Shown in pieces: positions 1-8,610 of a stretch of 42,524 bases of DNA. The stretch comes from a virus: the UHGV virus genome UHGV-0037043. One strand, 5' to 3'. The notes under the pieces are model-generated. The model saw only the letters and a program-made list of their open reading frames with translations. It was not told the origin of the DNA and did not search any database. The stretch's first letter is position 1. The number at the start of each line of letters is the position of its first letter. Made by a program: the position numbers and the translations under genes.

Positions 1-77
1 AACCAGAAGTTAAAGAACCAGAAGTTAAAGAACCAGAAGTTAAAGAACCAGAAGTTAAAGAACCAGAAGTTAAAGAA
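1..77 (+). repeat. 15-bp tandem repeat (EPEVK-coding), 5 copies at the window start.
   Basis: aaccagaagttaaag x5, in frame with the capsid ORF. Confidence 0.9.
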
Positions 78-1055
78 GAAAAACGCTCATTAGAGCCAAA
101 AGGAGAAGAAAAAAATATGGAAAAAGTAGTATTAGACGGAAAAGAAATCACTCAACCAGAAACAGAAGTTCGTGGATTTTTAAATTATGTTCGTTCACAT
201 AACTCTAAAATGGATTTACGAGCATTACCAGAAGGTGTTAAATCAACTGATGTGGGTGCTATCATCCCTGAGAATATTGTTACAAAAACAAAAATGTTAC
301 CTGAAACAGTAGTAGACTTACGTAACTTAGTTCAAACAGTGAAAGTAAGTACTCCAACTGGTAAATATCCTATCTTAAAATCAACAGAAGCTGTAATGCA
401 TACTGTAGCAGAACTTGAAGCAAATCCAGACTTAGACAAGCCACAATTTGAAAACGTATTGTATGATGTAGATACTTATCGTGGACAAATTCCAGTATCT
501 CGTGAATCGTTAGATGATTCTGATGAAGACTTGGGAGCATTAATTGCACGCCATATCCAACGTATCACGTTGAATACTGCTAATGCTAAGATTGTTGAAA
601 ACTTGAAAACTGCTGGAGCAGCAACTGTTAAAAATCTTGATGAAATTAAAACAATCATCAACACTCAATTTGACCCAGCTTATAATCTACAATTTGTAGT
701 TTCTCAATCATTCTACAATGAAGTAGACTTAATGAAAGACAATGAAGGACGCTATATGTTACAACCTTCAATCACAGCCCAATCAGGCAAATCTTTACTT
801 GGTTTAAACGTGACTGTACTTTCTGACAAGTTACTAGCTGGAGAGGCTGACAACAAAAAAGTAGCATTCTTGGGAGACCCTGCAGGATTCACATCATTCT
901 TTGACCGTAACGAAATGGCAGTTCGTTGGCAAGAACATCAACATTATGGAGAAATTCTAGCAGCAGCTATGCGTTTTGACGTTAAAACAGTAGACGCAGC
1001 AGCTGGTAAATTCTTAACTCTTGATACATCTGTACCAGCAGTTCCAGAAGGATAA
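1..1055 (+). CDS. Major capsid protein, HK97 fold. Positions 1..116 are the in-frame continuation of the delta-domain ORF; an alternative internal start is ATG 117 with an AAAGGAG RBS.
   Basis: 312-aa product with the HK97-like MCP motif pattern. No stop codon in frame 3 from position 3 to 116. Gene order protease-capsid-connector. Confidence 0.8.
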   Translation, partial: PEVKEPEVKEPEVKEPEVKEPEVKEEKRSLEPKGEEKNMEKVVLDGKEITQPETEVRGFLNYVRSHNSKMDLRALPEGVKSTDVGAIIPENIVTKTKMLPETVVDLRNLVQTVKVSTPTGKYPILKSTEAVMHTVAELEANPDLDKPQFENVLYDVDTYRGQIPVSRESLDDSDEDLGALIARHIQRITLNTANAKIVENLKTAGAATVKNLDEIKTIINTQFDPAYNLQFVVSQSFYNEVDLMKDNEGRYMLQPSITAQSGKSLLGLNVTVLSDKLLAGEADNKKVAFLGDPAGFTSFFDRNEMAVRWQEHQHYGEILAAAMRFDVKTVDAAAGKFLTLDTSVPAVPEG

Positions 1056-1068
1056 TATAAACATTCTT

Positions 1069-1108
1069 AAGAGAGGTGGGGCTCATGTCTCATCTCTCTT
1101 TTATTATA
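1069..1108 (+). terminator. Putative intrinsic terminator after the capsid gene.
   Basis: aagagag...ctctctt 7-bp stem with a long loop, followed by TTTTATTAT. Confidence 0.4.
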
Positions 1109-1118
1109 GTAGAAGGAA

Positions 1119-1400
1119 GTGATAATGTCAATGATTACAGTAGAAGAACTTAAAAATAATTTGCGCATTGACTACGAGGAAGATGACGCCTACCTAGAAA
1201 TGTTACTTGGTGCCGCTCAATTATATATTTTAGGTAGTATTGAAGCCCTAGCGTTACCAGACACACCCCAAACAAACACATTGATATTCATGCTTGTGTC
1301 ATTATGGTATGAGAATAGAGTTCCAGCCACAAATGCAATGCAACAACAAGTACCATTTACAATTACAGCTATGATTCATCAACTGAGAGGTGTTGTATAA
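1119..1400 (+). CDS. Head-tail connector (gp6-like adaptor) protein.
   Basis: 93 aa; the ITVEELKNNLRIDYEEDDAYLEMLL pattern is typical of the gp6-like connector family. Sits after the capsid gene. Confidence 0.75.
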   Translation: MIMSMITVEELKNNLRIDYEEDDAYLEMLLGAAQLYILGSIEALALPDTPQTNTLIFMLVSLWYENRVPATNAMQQQVPFTITAMIHQLRGVV

Positions 1401-1735
1401 TGGCAAACATTACAGTACAAAGATTAGATAGACGTATTCAAATTTTAAAACAAGAGGCTACAAAGAACGAATTTTTTGAGGTAATCTATGGTTGGGTTCC
1501 AATCAAAACAATATGGTGTTCAGTCAAACAACAGTATTTTAAAGATTATCAGCAAACATTTGGCACAACACTTGAAAACACTACTAATTTTATTATTAGA
1601 TATGATTCAGGTAAATATGTAAATGTTGGTAACAGAATCATGTTTAATAATCGCATGTACAGAATTATTAATATCTTAGAAGGGTCATTTGATAGAGATT
1701 TCACCACACTGGTTTGCCAAGAAGTGGAGGAATAA
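1400..1735 (+). CDS. Head closure / head-tail joining protein.
   Basis: 111 aa with RLDRRIQI...IRYDSG...RMYRIINI motifs typical of SPP1 gp16-like head closure proteins. ATGA overlap with the upstream gene. Confidence 0.7.
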   Translation: MANITVQRLDRRIQILKQEATKNEFFEVIYGWVPIKTIWCSVKQQYFKDYQQTFGTTLENTTNFIIRYDSGKYVNVGNRIMFNNRMYRIINILEGSFDRDFTTLVCQEVEE

Positions 1736-1737
1736 TA

Positions 1738-2115
1738 ATGACAAAAAAGAATTATGTAGATTTTAGCCAAGCATATAAAGCGATTGGTAAGACTAAAAAA
1801 CAATTTGAAAAAGCAGAAATTGAAGCACTTACTAAAGCTGGAGAGTTTGCTGCCAAAGAATTGAAAAAGAATACACCTGTTGATTATGATACAAAAACTC
1901 ATATGAAAGACCACATTGTGTATAGTAAACCTACTAAAAGCAAACCAGTTTCAGAAGTTGGTTTTGACAAAGAAGTAGCATGGAGAGCGCATTTTGTGGA
2001 GTATGGAACCATCAAACAACAACCCCAACCTTTCATGAAGCAGACAATGAAAGATATTGAAAACCAAGTAGCTACAATTATTCAGAATGAGATGAGAAGG
2101 AGGTTAACACAATGA
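1738..2115 (+). CDS. HK97 gp10-like neck/tail-completion protein. Start at ATG 1738 after a GGAGGAATAATA RBS.
   Basis: Size, position and gp10-family-like sequence. The track's start at 1714 lacks an RBS. Confidence 0.55.
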   Translation: MTKKNYVDFSQAYKAIGKTKKQFEKAEIEALTKAGEFAAKELKKNTPVDYDTKTHMKDHIVYSKPTKSKPVSEVGFDKEVAWRAHFVEYGTIKQQPQPFMKQTMKDIENQVATIIQNEMRRRLTQ

Positions 2116-2477
2116 AACTACCTATTTTGTTGGTTGCAGAAACATTGCAGAGTGCGTTACCAGAGATTACATGGTTTGTTAACCAAGTAGAGGAAGAACA
2201 ACAGACTAATCCTAAATATCCACTAGGACGCATTGTCCAAATCAATGGAGAGTACGGTTCATATGCTTCACAGAAACCTAACTATCTTAATACATCAGTT
2301 CAAGTAGATGTTTGGGTTAGAGATGTAGAAGAGGCTAGCAAATATTATTTCAAATTAGATGAAATAATGAGAGCTGATAACGTTCAATGTGACTACACAG
2401 AAGAAACACAAGACTTAGACTTGAAGCGTGGGCGTAGGATTATTAAACGCTATACTATATCACAAAGGGTTATCTAA
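2112..2477 (+). CDS. Tail terminator-like neck protein.
   Basis: 121 aa, ATGA-coupled to the gp10-like gene, immediately upstream of the major tail protein. Called by synteny only. Confidence 0.4.
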   Translation: MKLPILLVAETLQSALPEITWFVNQVEEEQQTNPKYPLGRIVQINGEYGSYASQKPNYLNTSVQVDVWVRDVEEASKYYFKLDEIMRADNVQCDYTEETQDLDLKRGRRIIKRYTISQRVI

Positions 2478-2489
2478 GTCAACACAAAA

Positions 2490-2509
2490 GGCATAGTATA
2501 TGCTATAAT
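2490..2509 (+). promoter_or_regulatory. Extended -10 promoter ATATGCTATAAT.
   Basis: TGcTATAAT at 2501-2509, upstream of the major tail gene. Member of a recurring 12-mer promoter class. Confidence 0.5.
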
Positions 2510-2549
2510 TAACCTAGTAAGACAATAAAAATAAAAAGGAGTTTTAAAT

Positions 2550-3113
2550 ATGGCATTAATAGGATTTGAAGAAGCAATTATCAGTGTGAAAAACGCTGAG
2601 GGTGAAATTGAACAGTTAACAATTAATAAAACAGGTGGTGGTACTATTGAGTCCAGTATCACAGGTATTTCTCCAGAGCAAACAACGGTATATGCTTCTA
2701 ATGTACCCATTTGGGTTAGTGCTAAAGGTATTGGTGAAGTTCAAGCAACACTTAACGTATTTGACCTTTACAAAGATGGTGTTTATGAAAAGATTTTAGG
2801 TATTACTCGTGATAGTGATGGTATTGCAACAGTTGGAGAAGATACAGAAGCACCTTACGTGTCAGTGGTATTTGTCTCAAGTAACCCAGAAGGTAAAGAC
2901 GTATACCTAGGTCTAACGAAAGGACGTTTCAGTCATCCAGAAATGAACCTTGCAACAGCTGAATCAGGCGGCACAGAGCCTGGAACTGAGTCTATTGAAG
3001 GTTCATTTGTAACAGATTCACGTGGTATTGCCTTCATGCACGCAGTAGCATCAGAAACAGTGACGTTGGAAAAATTTGTTGATAAAGTAAACAACGTAGT
3101 ATCAGAAGCATAA
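2550..3113 (+). CDS. Major tail protein.
   Basis: 187 aa in the canonical position. Resembles phi13/TP901-1-type major tail proteins. Confidence 0.7.
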   Translation: MALIGFEEAIISVKNAEGEIEQLTINKTGGGTIESSITGISPEQTTVYASNVPIWVSAKGIGEVQATLNVFDLYKDGVYEKILGITRDSDGIATVGEDTEAPYVSVVFVSSNPEGKDVYLGLTKGRFSHPEMNLATAESGGTEPGTESIEGSFVTDSRGIAFMHAVASETVTLEKFVDKVNNVVSEA

Positions 3114-3118
3114 CTAAT

Positions 3119-3152
3119 AAAACCTAACCTTAACTGGTTAGGTTTTTAATTT
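3119..3152 (+). terminator. Intrinsic terminator.
   Basis: aacctaacc-ttaact-ggttaggtt: perfect 9-bp stem, then TTTTAATTT. Confidence 0.75.
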
Positions 3153-3163
3153 ACACAAATAAG

Positions 3164-3180
3164 GGAACATATGCTATAAT
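3164..3180 (+). promoter_or_regulatory. Extended -10 promoter ACATATGCTATAAT.
   Basis: TGcTATAAT at 3172-3180. Confidence 0.5.
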
Positions 3181-3218
3181 GTATTAGTAGACAAAATTAA
3201 AATATTGGAGGACTAAAA

Positions 3219-3548
3219 ATGATTACATTAAAATTAGAAATTGACGGAAAACAAAAGGAATATAAACAAAAATCTCTTAAAGTTCGTGCAATGCGTGAAC
3301 TAATGAAGTTTCAAGTGAAAATGGATAAAGTACAAGCTGGAGAGATTGAAATGACTCCATTAGAACAAATTGACCAGATGATTCTATTGATTGAACAAAT
3401 TTTTGATAATCCTGAAGTAAACTTTGATAACATTATTGATGGCATTGAAGCTAATCAATTGGAAGATGTTCTTAAAAGTGTATTTGAGGCTATTGGCGGC
3501 GGTGATGCAGATACCCCAAAAAAGGCGAAAAAGACCTCTCAGAAATAA
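3219..3548 (+). CDS. Tail assembly chaperone (gpG-like).
   Basis: 109 aa, acidic, between major tail and tape measure. Followed by an overlapping -1 frame ORF. Confidence 0.7.
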   Translation: MITLKLEIDGKQKEYKQKSLKVRAMRELMKFQVKMDKVQAGEIEMTPLEQIDQMILLIEQIFDNPEVNFDNIIDGIEANQLEDVLKSVFEAIGGGDADTPKKAKKTSQK

Positions 3549-3778
3549 GTTGGGAGGAACATTTAGAAACTATAGATAAATTATACACTGACTTACTATC
3601 ATCTGAGACTGGAAACTGGTCTCTATCAGAAATAAATAATGCTGATTATGATTTATTAATGGAGTTGTTTACTGAGAGTAGTAAACCTAAGAAAGAGAAA
3701 CGCCAGAATGCTATGGATTTCTTCAGTACATTTATGAGTCCTGCTGAAATAGCAAAAGCCAAAGGAGAGGTACTTTAG
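3507..3778 (+). CDS. gpT-like -1 frame extension, expressed as a G-T fusion (3219..3778) by programmed -1 frameshifting.
   Basis: The -1 frame is open from 3506 to the TAG at 3776-3778 and has no start codon of its own. Canonical slippery heptamers in the gpG frame: C CCA AAA (3515-3521) and A AAA AAG (3518-3524). Confidence 0.65.
3515..3524 (+). promoter_or_regulatory. -1 ribosomal frameshift slippery site (CCCAAAAAAG).
   Basis: X XXY YYZ pattern in phase with the gpG codons, ~8 codons before the gpG stop. Confidence 0.6.
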
Positions 3779-3802
3779 GTAAACCTAGAGTACCTCTTTT
3801 TA
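3766..3802 (+). terminator. Intrinsic terminator overlapping the G-T stop.
   Basis: agaggtact ... agtacctct 9-bp stem with an inner aggt/acct pairing, then TTTT. Confidence 0.6.
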
Positions 3803-3811
3803 TGTTATAAT
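3803..3811 (+). promoter_or_regulatory. Extended -10 promoter TGTTATAAT before the tape measure gene.
   Basis: Direct reading. Confidence 0.4.
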
Positions 3812-3844
3812 GAATATAGAAATTGTAAAGGGAGTGAGTAATAC

Positions 3845-6800
3845 ATGGCGAATGATAAACCAATCGGAAGTATGAAGTTTGGGATTGGGTTCGATGGTAT
3901 AGATGAGTCATTGAACACTTTAGATAAATTAAACAAAGCAATTAAACAAAATGAATCAAGCATGAAAGCAACCATTTCAACATTTGACAAAGCTGGTGCA
4001 AGTACAGAACAATTAGCACTTAAAGAAAAAGAGCTGACAACGCAAGCTGACTTACAATCTAAAAAAATTCAATTATTAGAGAAACGGCGACTGGAATACA
4101 TTGAAACATATGGTAAAGAATCTAAACAAGTAGCTAACGTGACAACTCAAATCAATACAGCTAGTGCTAAATACAATAAGTTAAGTAAAGAAATTGACAA
4201 CACTAAGCAGGCGTATATCATTGCTTCAACTGGTGTAGATAAATATACTAAGGCTATGGCTGACAATGAACGTGCCATGAATGATGAGATTAAAGCATTT
4301 AAAGAGGCTGGAGACTCTGCTGGGGCGTATGAAGCCAAGCAACGTGGTTTAGCAAAGCAGGCATCTTTAAATGAAAAAGCGATTAGTGCTCAGAAACAGG
4401 CTTTAACTTTATTAACTGCTGAATTTGGTCAAAACTCAACTAAGGTTCAGCAAGCAGAAGCTAAACTAAACGAGTTCCAACGTCAAGCAAAAAACACAGA
4501 CACTAAACTAAGTGGACTTAAAAAAGGCATTGGAGATATCTCTGATGAAGCTGGAGAACTAGAAGGAGGTTTAGACAAAGGAACCGCAGCCCTAAGTGGA
4601 TTAGTGGCAGGTGTGGCAGCAAGTGTATCAACCAAAGCCCTTGAGATTATTAGCGAAGGGGTTGGGAGGATTACAGAGGCATTTAATGATGCGTTAGACG
4701 CTCAGAATAAGTTTAAAGGTGCGTTGGGTGCTACAGGGGCTGAAGCTAAGCAGTACTCATCATTTGCAAACGACCTAGTAACATCAGGTATTGCTGAAAG
4801 TATGGACGAAGCAACAGATGCAATGGTTAAGTTCAAACATGCATTGCCAGATGGAGCAGACCAAGACCCAGGTCAACTAAAATGGATGGCACAAAATGCG
4901 CTAACACTATCTAAAACATTTGATATGGATGTTAATGAAGTTGTACGTGGTGCTACACGTATGATGCAAAACTATGGAATTACTGGAGATGAAGCCTTTG
5001 ATTTACTTGCTCAAGGGGCACAACGAGGACTAGACCAATCAGGCGAATTAGCTGATAATATGGCTGAGTACTCACAAGTGTTTGGACAAATGGGGTTCAG
5101 TGCAAGCCAAACATTCTCAATACTTGAAGCTGGGTTAGACGGTGGAGCATATAATTTAGATAAGGTAAATGACCTTGCTAAAGAGATGGGAATTTCTTTA
5201 ACGGACGGACGTTTTGAAGAAAACATTAGTATGTTCAGTGCAGAGACTCAAAAGCTTTTTGGAGAATGGAAAAACGGTGGAGCTACTCAAGGTCAAGTAG
5301 TCCAAGGAATGTTACAAGACTTTTCTAAGATGGATGTAGGCTATGACTCTCTAAACAAAGCAGGTACGGTATGGAGTGCCTTAGGTGAAGACAACTCACT
5401 TAAAGTTATCCAAGCGATGGCATCTGCTGGAGACACATTCAAAAATGTTGAGGGTAGCATGGACGATTTAAATGCAACTGCTGGCAACACAACGGCTTGG
5501 GAAGCATTTAAAAATGGAGTAACTGGAGCATTTACAGACCTTGGATTGTATTTATCTGAGTTTAACAATGGCGCTTTAGTTAGTCAGATAACTGGTTTTT
5601 TTGAGTACACACTACCTAGATGGGGCGAAAAGATTGCTGGATGGTTTGGTAAGTTTAGTGAATCGTCAGAAAAGGCAAAACCTTTCCTTGAAAGTATTAG
5701 TAATGTGTTTGAAAGATATGGTAACATATTAAAAGTTATTGGAGAAGTGTTCTTATATAACTTCCAAAAAGGATTTGAAACACTATATAATTTCTTTGTT
5801 GACAAGGTTGCCCCACAATTACTACCATTGTTTGAGAAATTTAGTGGAGCTTTAGATAGAATTGGTAAAATGTTTGAGGATGCAAGTGCAGACGGTCAAG
5901 GTTTTAAAACTGCAATTGACATCATGTGGAAAGGTATTGAAATTGCATTAGGCGCCATGTTATCAGCATTTAAAATCACATTCACTGCTATAACAATAGC
6001 TCTTGAGGTATCAGTTGCTTTAATTACAGGTGTTTGGAACACATTCACTAAATTACTAAAAGGCGATTGGGCTGGAGCATGGGAATCAATCAAGCAAACA
6101 GTTGGTAGGATTTTAAACGCCATTTGGGAAGGTATTAAAGATACTACATTAGGTAAGATAATGAGTTCATTAGGAACATTCTTCAAAGATGCCTTCAATG
6201 GTTTTGTACAATGGGGGTCAGACGTTAAGGAAGATGTGAGTGGATTCATGGGTACAATTGTTGACTGGTTCACTAACCTCCCAAACAGAATTGCTGAAGC
6301 CTTTAAAGGTGGGGGTAATGCAATTAAAGACGCATTCAAAGGTGTGTTCAATGCAGCACTAGAAGCCATTGGTAAACCAGTTAATGGAATCATCAAAGGT
6401 GCATCATGGGTACTTGAAAAATTAGGTGGAGAGCCACTTAAAGAATGGGAAGTACCTCAATACGCTAACGGTACACCAGATGGTGGTCATCCAATTAACG
6501 GTCCTATGATGGTCAACGATGGACGTGGAGCAGAAACAGTTATCACGCCAGATGGTAGAGCGTTTATTCCTAAAGGACGTAACGTAGTATTAAATGCACC
6601 AAAAGGAACGCATGTCTTAACAGCAGAAGAAACAGCACAGCTTCAAGGTTCTAAAGCACCTAAGTATCGTTACAAAAAAGGTACTAACTTCTTTGGTAAC
6701 TTATGGAGTAATGTTAAAGGCTTTGCTGGTAATGTAGGTAACAAACTCAAAAATGTAGTAGGAGATGTTTGGGATTTTGTATCTAATCCAGAAAAACTAG

Positions 6801-8029
6801 CTAAAAAAGTATTAGGTGGCTTAGATATTTTAAAAGACTTAACTAAATATCCATTAGACGTTGGTAAAGGTATTCTAAGTAAAGCTACTAGTGCATTAAC
6901 AAGTAAGATTTCAGAAATGTTCTCAGCAGGTTCAGGTGACTTAGATTTAGGTACAGGAACAGCAGGTGTTTATAAGTATTTAGCAGATGTCGCTAAATCA
7001 GTACTAAGCAAGTTCCCTGGTTTCCAAGTAACCTCAGGTTACAGACCTGGAGACCCTCATTCACACGGTAAACGTAACGCAATTGATATTGCTCTACCTG
7101 GAGTAACTGGTGGCTCACCTAGATACACTGAGGCTGCTAACTATGCTTTTGAGAAGTTTGCTGGTAAGGTTGGATATGTTATCACTAATGGTAAAGTACG
7201 TGACCGTTCAGGACAATCAGGAACAGGTATTCATAATGATTGGACACCTTGGTCTGCGGGAGACCACTACGACCATGTACACATTAACGGTATCAAAGAC
7301 CCTCAGAATAAACAACTCTCAGGCGAAAACATTGGCGGTAGTGGTGTAGATAGATGGCGAGGAGTAGCAGCGCAAGCCCTCAGAATGACGGGTCAATATA
7401 GCGCTAGTAACTTAGCAGCATTGCTTAACCAAATGAGAACAGAATCAAACGGTAATCCTAACGCAATCAACAACTGGGACATTAATGCGTTGAACGGCAC
7501 ACCGTCTAAAGGACTACTACAGGTTATTGACCCAACATTTAGACAATACGCAATGCCTGGTCACAACAGTAACATCTATGACCCATTATCTAATATCTTA
7601 GCTTCAATCAGATATGCACTATCAAGATATGGCTCACTAACCAATGCTTATCGTGGAGTTGGTTACGAAAACGGTGGAATCATCACGAAAGAGCACATTG
7701 CACGAGTTGGAGAAGGTAACAAGGAAGAAGTAGTTATTCCATTAACTGGAACTGGTCTTAAACGCTCTAGAGCAATGCAATTACTTGCCTATGCTAGTGA
7801 GAAATTAGGAGCTAGCACTGCATCAATTAGTAGTACAAGTGGTAACACTTCAAACGTTTCAGATATGACACAGATGTTAGAACTAATGCAACAACAGAAC
7901 CAACTGTTGATGGCTATTCTTGCGAAAGATACAAATGTGGTACTAGATGGTGAGAAACTAAATAGTAAACTACAAAAGATTCAATCAACTAAGCAGTTAA
8001 ATGCTAATCGCAATTTAGGCTTAGTGTAG
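3845..8029 (+). CDS. Tape measure protein with C-terminal peptidoglycan-hydrolase domains (M15/M23-like metallopeptidase motif and lytic transglycosylase motif).
   Basis: 1394 aa, coiled-coil and Ala/Gly-rich N-terminal half. Motifs YRPGDPHSHGKRNAIDIA (zinc peptidase-like) and QMRTESNGNPNAIN...GLLQVIDPTF (SLT-like). Confidence 0.85.
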   Translation: MANDKPIGSMKFGIGFDGIDESLNTLDKLNKAIKQNESSMKATISTFDKAGASTEQLALKEKELTTQADLQSKKIQLLEKRRLEYIETYGKESKQVANVTTQINTASAKYNKLSKEIDNTKQAYIIASTGVDKYTKAMADNERAMNDEIKAFKEAGDSAGAYEAKQRGLAKQASLNEKAISAQKQALTLLTAEFGQNSTKVQQAEAKLNEFQRQAKNTDTKLSGLKKGIGDISDEAGELEGGLDKGTAALSGLVAGVAASVSTKALEIISEGVGRITEAFNDALDAQNKFKGALGATGAEAKQYSSFANDLVTSGIAESMDEATDAMVKFKHALPDGADQDPGQLKWMAQNALTLSKTFDMDVNEVVRGATRMMQNYGITGDEAFDLLAQGAQRGLDQSGELADNMAEYSQVFGQMGFSASQTFSILEAGLDGGAYNLDKVNDLAKEMGISLTDGRFEENISMFSAETQKLFGEWKNGGATQGQVVQGMLQDFSKMDVGYDSLNKAGTVWSALGEDNSLKVIQAMASAGDTFKNVEGSMDDLNATAGNTTAWEAFKNGVTGAFTDLGLYLSEFNNGALVSQITGFFEYTLPRWGEKIAGWFGKFSESSEKAKPFLESISNVFERYGNILKVIGEVFLYNFQKGFETLYNFFVDKVAPQLLPLFEKFSGALDRIGKMFEDASADGQGFKTAIDIMWKGIEIALGAMLSAFKITFTAITIALEVSVALITGVWNTFTKLLKGDWAGAWESIKQTVGRILNAIWEGIKDTTLGKIMSSLGTFFKDAFNGFVQWGSDVKEDVSGFMGTIVDWFTNLPNRIAEAFKGGGNAIKDAFKGVFNAALEAIGKPVNGIIKGASWVLEKLGGEPLKEWEVPQYANGTPDGGHPINGPMMVNDGRGAETVITPDGRAFIPKGRNVVLNAPKGTHVLTAEETAQLQGSKAPKYRYKKGTNFFGNLWSNVKGFAGNVGNKLKNVVGDVWDFVSNPEKLAKKVLGGLDILKDLTKYPLDVGKGILSKATSALTSKISEMFSAGSGDLDLGTGTAGVYKYLADVAKSVLSKFPGFQVTSGYRPGDPHSHGKRNAIDIALPGVTGGSPRYTEAANYAFEKFAGKVGYVITNGKVRDRSGQSGTGIHNDWTPWSAGDHYDHVHINGIKDPQNKQLSGENIGGSGVDRWRGVAAQALRMTGQYSASNLAALLNQMRTESNGNPNAINNWDINALNGTPSKGLLQVIDPTFRQYAMPGHNSNIYDPLSNILASIRYALSRYGSLTNAYRGVGYENGGIITKEHIARVGEGNKEEVVIPLTGTGLKRSRAMQLLAYASEKLGASTASISSTSGNTSNVSDMTQMLELMQQQNQLLMAILAKDTNVVLDGEKLNSKLQKIQSTKQLNANRNLGLV

Positions 8030-8031
8030 CG

Positions 8032-8060
8032 AATTAGGAGCTTGTATAAGCTCCTAATTT
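8032..8060 (+). terminator. Hairpin terminator after the tape measure gene, merging into the TGTTACAAT promoter at 8061-8069.
   Basis: aattaggagctt-gtat-aagctcctaatt: perfect 12-bp stem. The T-run is weak. Confidence 0.5.
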
Positions 8061-8094
8061 GTGTTACAATATATTCAAAGGAGGAGGATTTAAA

Positions 8095-8610
8095 ATGGAA
8101 GAAATTTGGAAAGACATTGAAGGATATGAGGGTTTGTATCAAGTTAACAACTTGGGGAGAGTTAAGAGAGTTACAACAGGTAGAGTTTTAAAAGGTATGA
8201 AAGATAAATGTGGGTATCTAACAGTTGATTTATATAAAAATGGCAGTAAATCTAAAAAGAAAATCCATCGTCTAGTAGCTCAAGCATTCATCTCAAACCC
8301 TGAAAGCAAACCACAAGTAAATCATATTGATGAGAATAAGACAAACAACATGGTCTCAAATCTAGAATGGTCTACTGCAAAAGAGAACACTAATTATGGA
8401 ACACGTAATGAAAGATTGAGTAAAACGAAAAGTATTGCAATAATTGCAACTAATCTAAAGACTGGTGACTCTACAGAATTTTATGGAACTAATGAATGCG
8501 CTAGACAACTAGGTTTAACACAACAAAGCATTACAAAAGTATTAAAAGGTAAACTGAATCAAACTGGTGGATTCACATTCAAATATCTAAATAAAGGAGA
8601 TAATAAATAA
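8095..8610 (+). CDS. HNH_3/AP2-type homing endonuclease.
   Basis: [21 protein letters not shown]...IHRLVAQAF...[18 protein letters not shown] motifs. Start moved to ATG 8095 after an AAAGGAGGAGGA RBS. Confidence 0.75.
   Translation: MEEIWKDIEGYEGLYQVNNLGRVKRVTTGRVLKGMKDKCGYLTVDLYKNGSKSKKKIHRLVAQAFISNPESKPQVNHIDENKTNNMVSNLEWSTAKENTNYGTRNERLSKTKSIAIIATNLKTGDSTEFYGTNECARQLGLTQQSITKVLKGKLNQTGGFTFKYLNKGDNK

Noticed and set aside
476-1914. Minus-strand ORFs 476..664 and 1549..1914 within the capsid and head-completion genes.
   Set aside because: Overlap well-supported plus-strand genes; no RBS.
4147-7349. Antisense and alternate-frame ORFs inside the tape measure gene (4147..4338, 5011..5226, 5341..5568, 5584..5805, 5896..6396, 7110..7349).
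   Set aside because: Embedded in a long, clearly coding gene, with no RBS. Typical low-complexity antisense artefacts.
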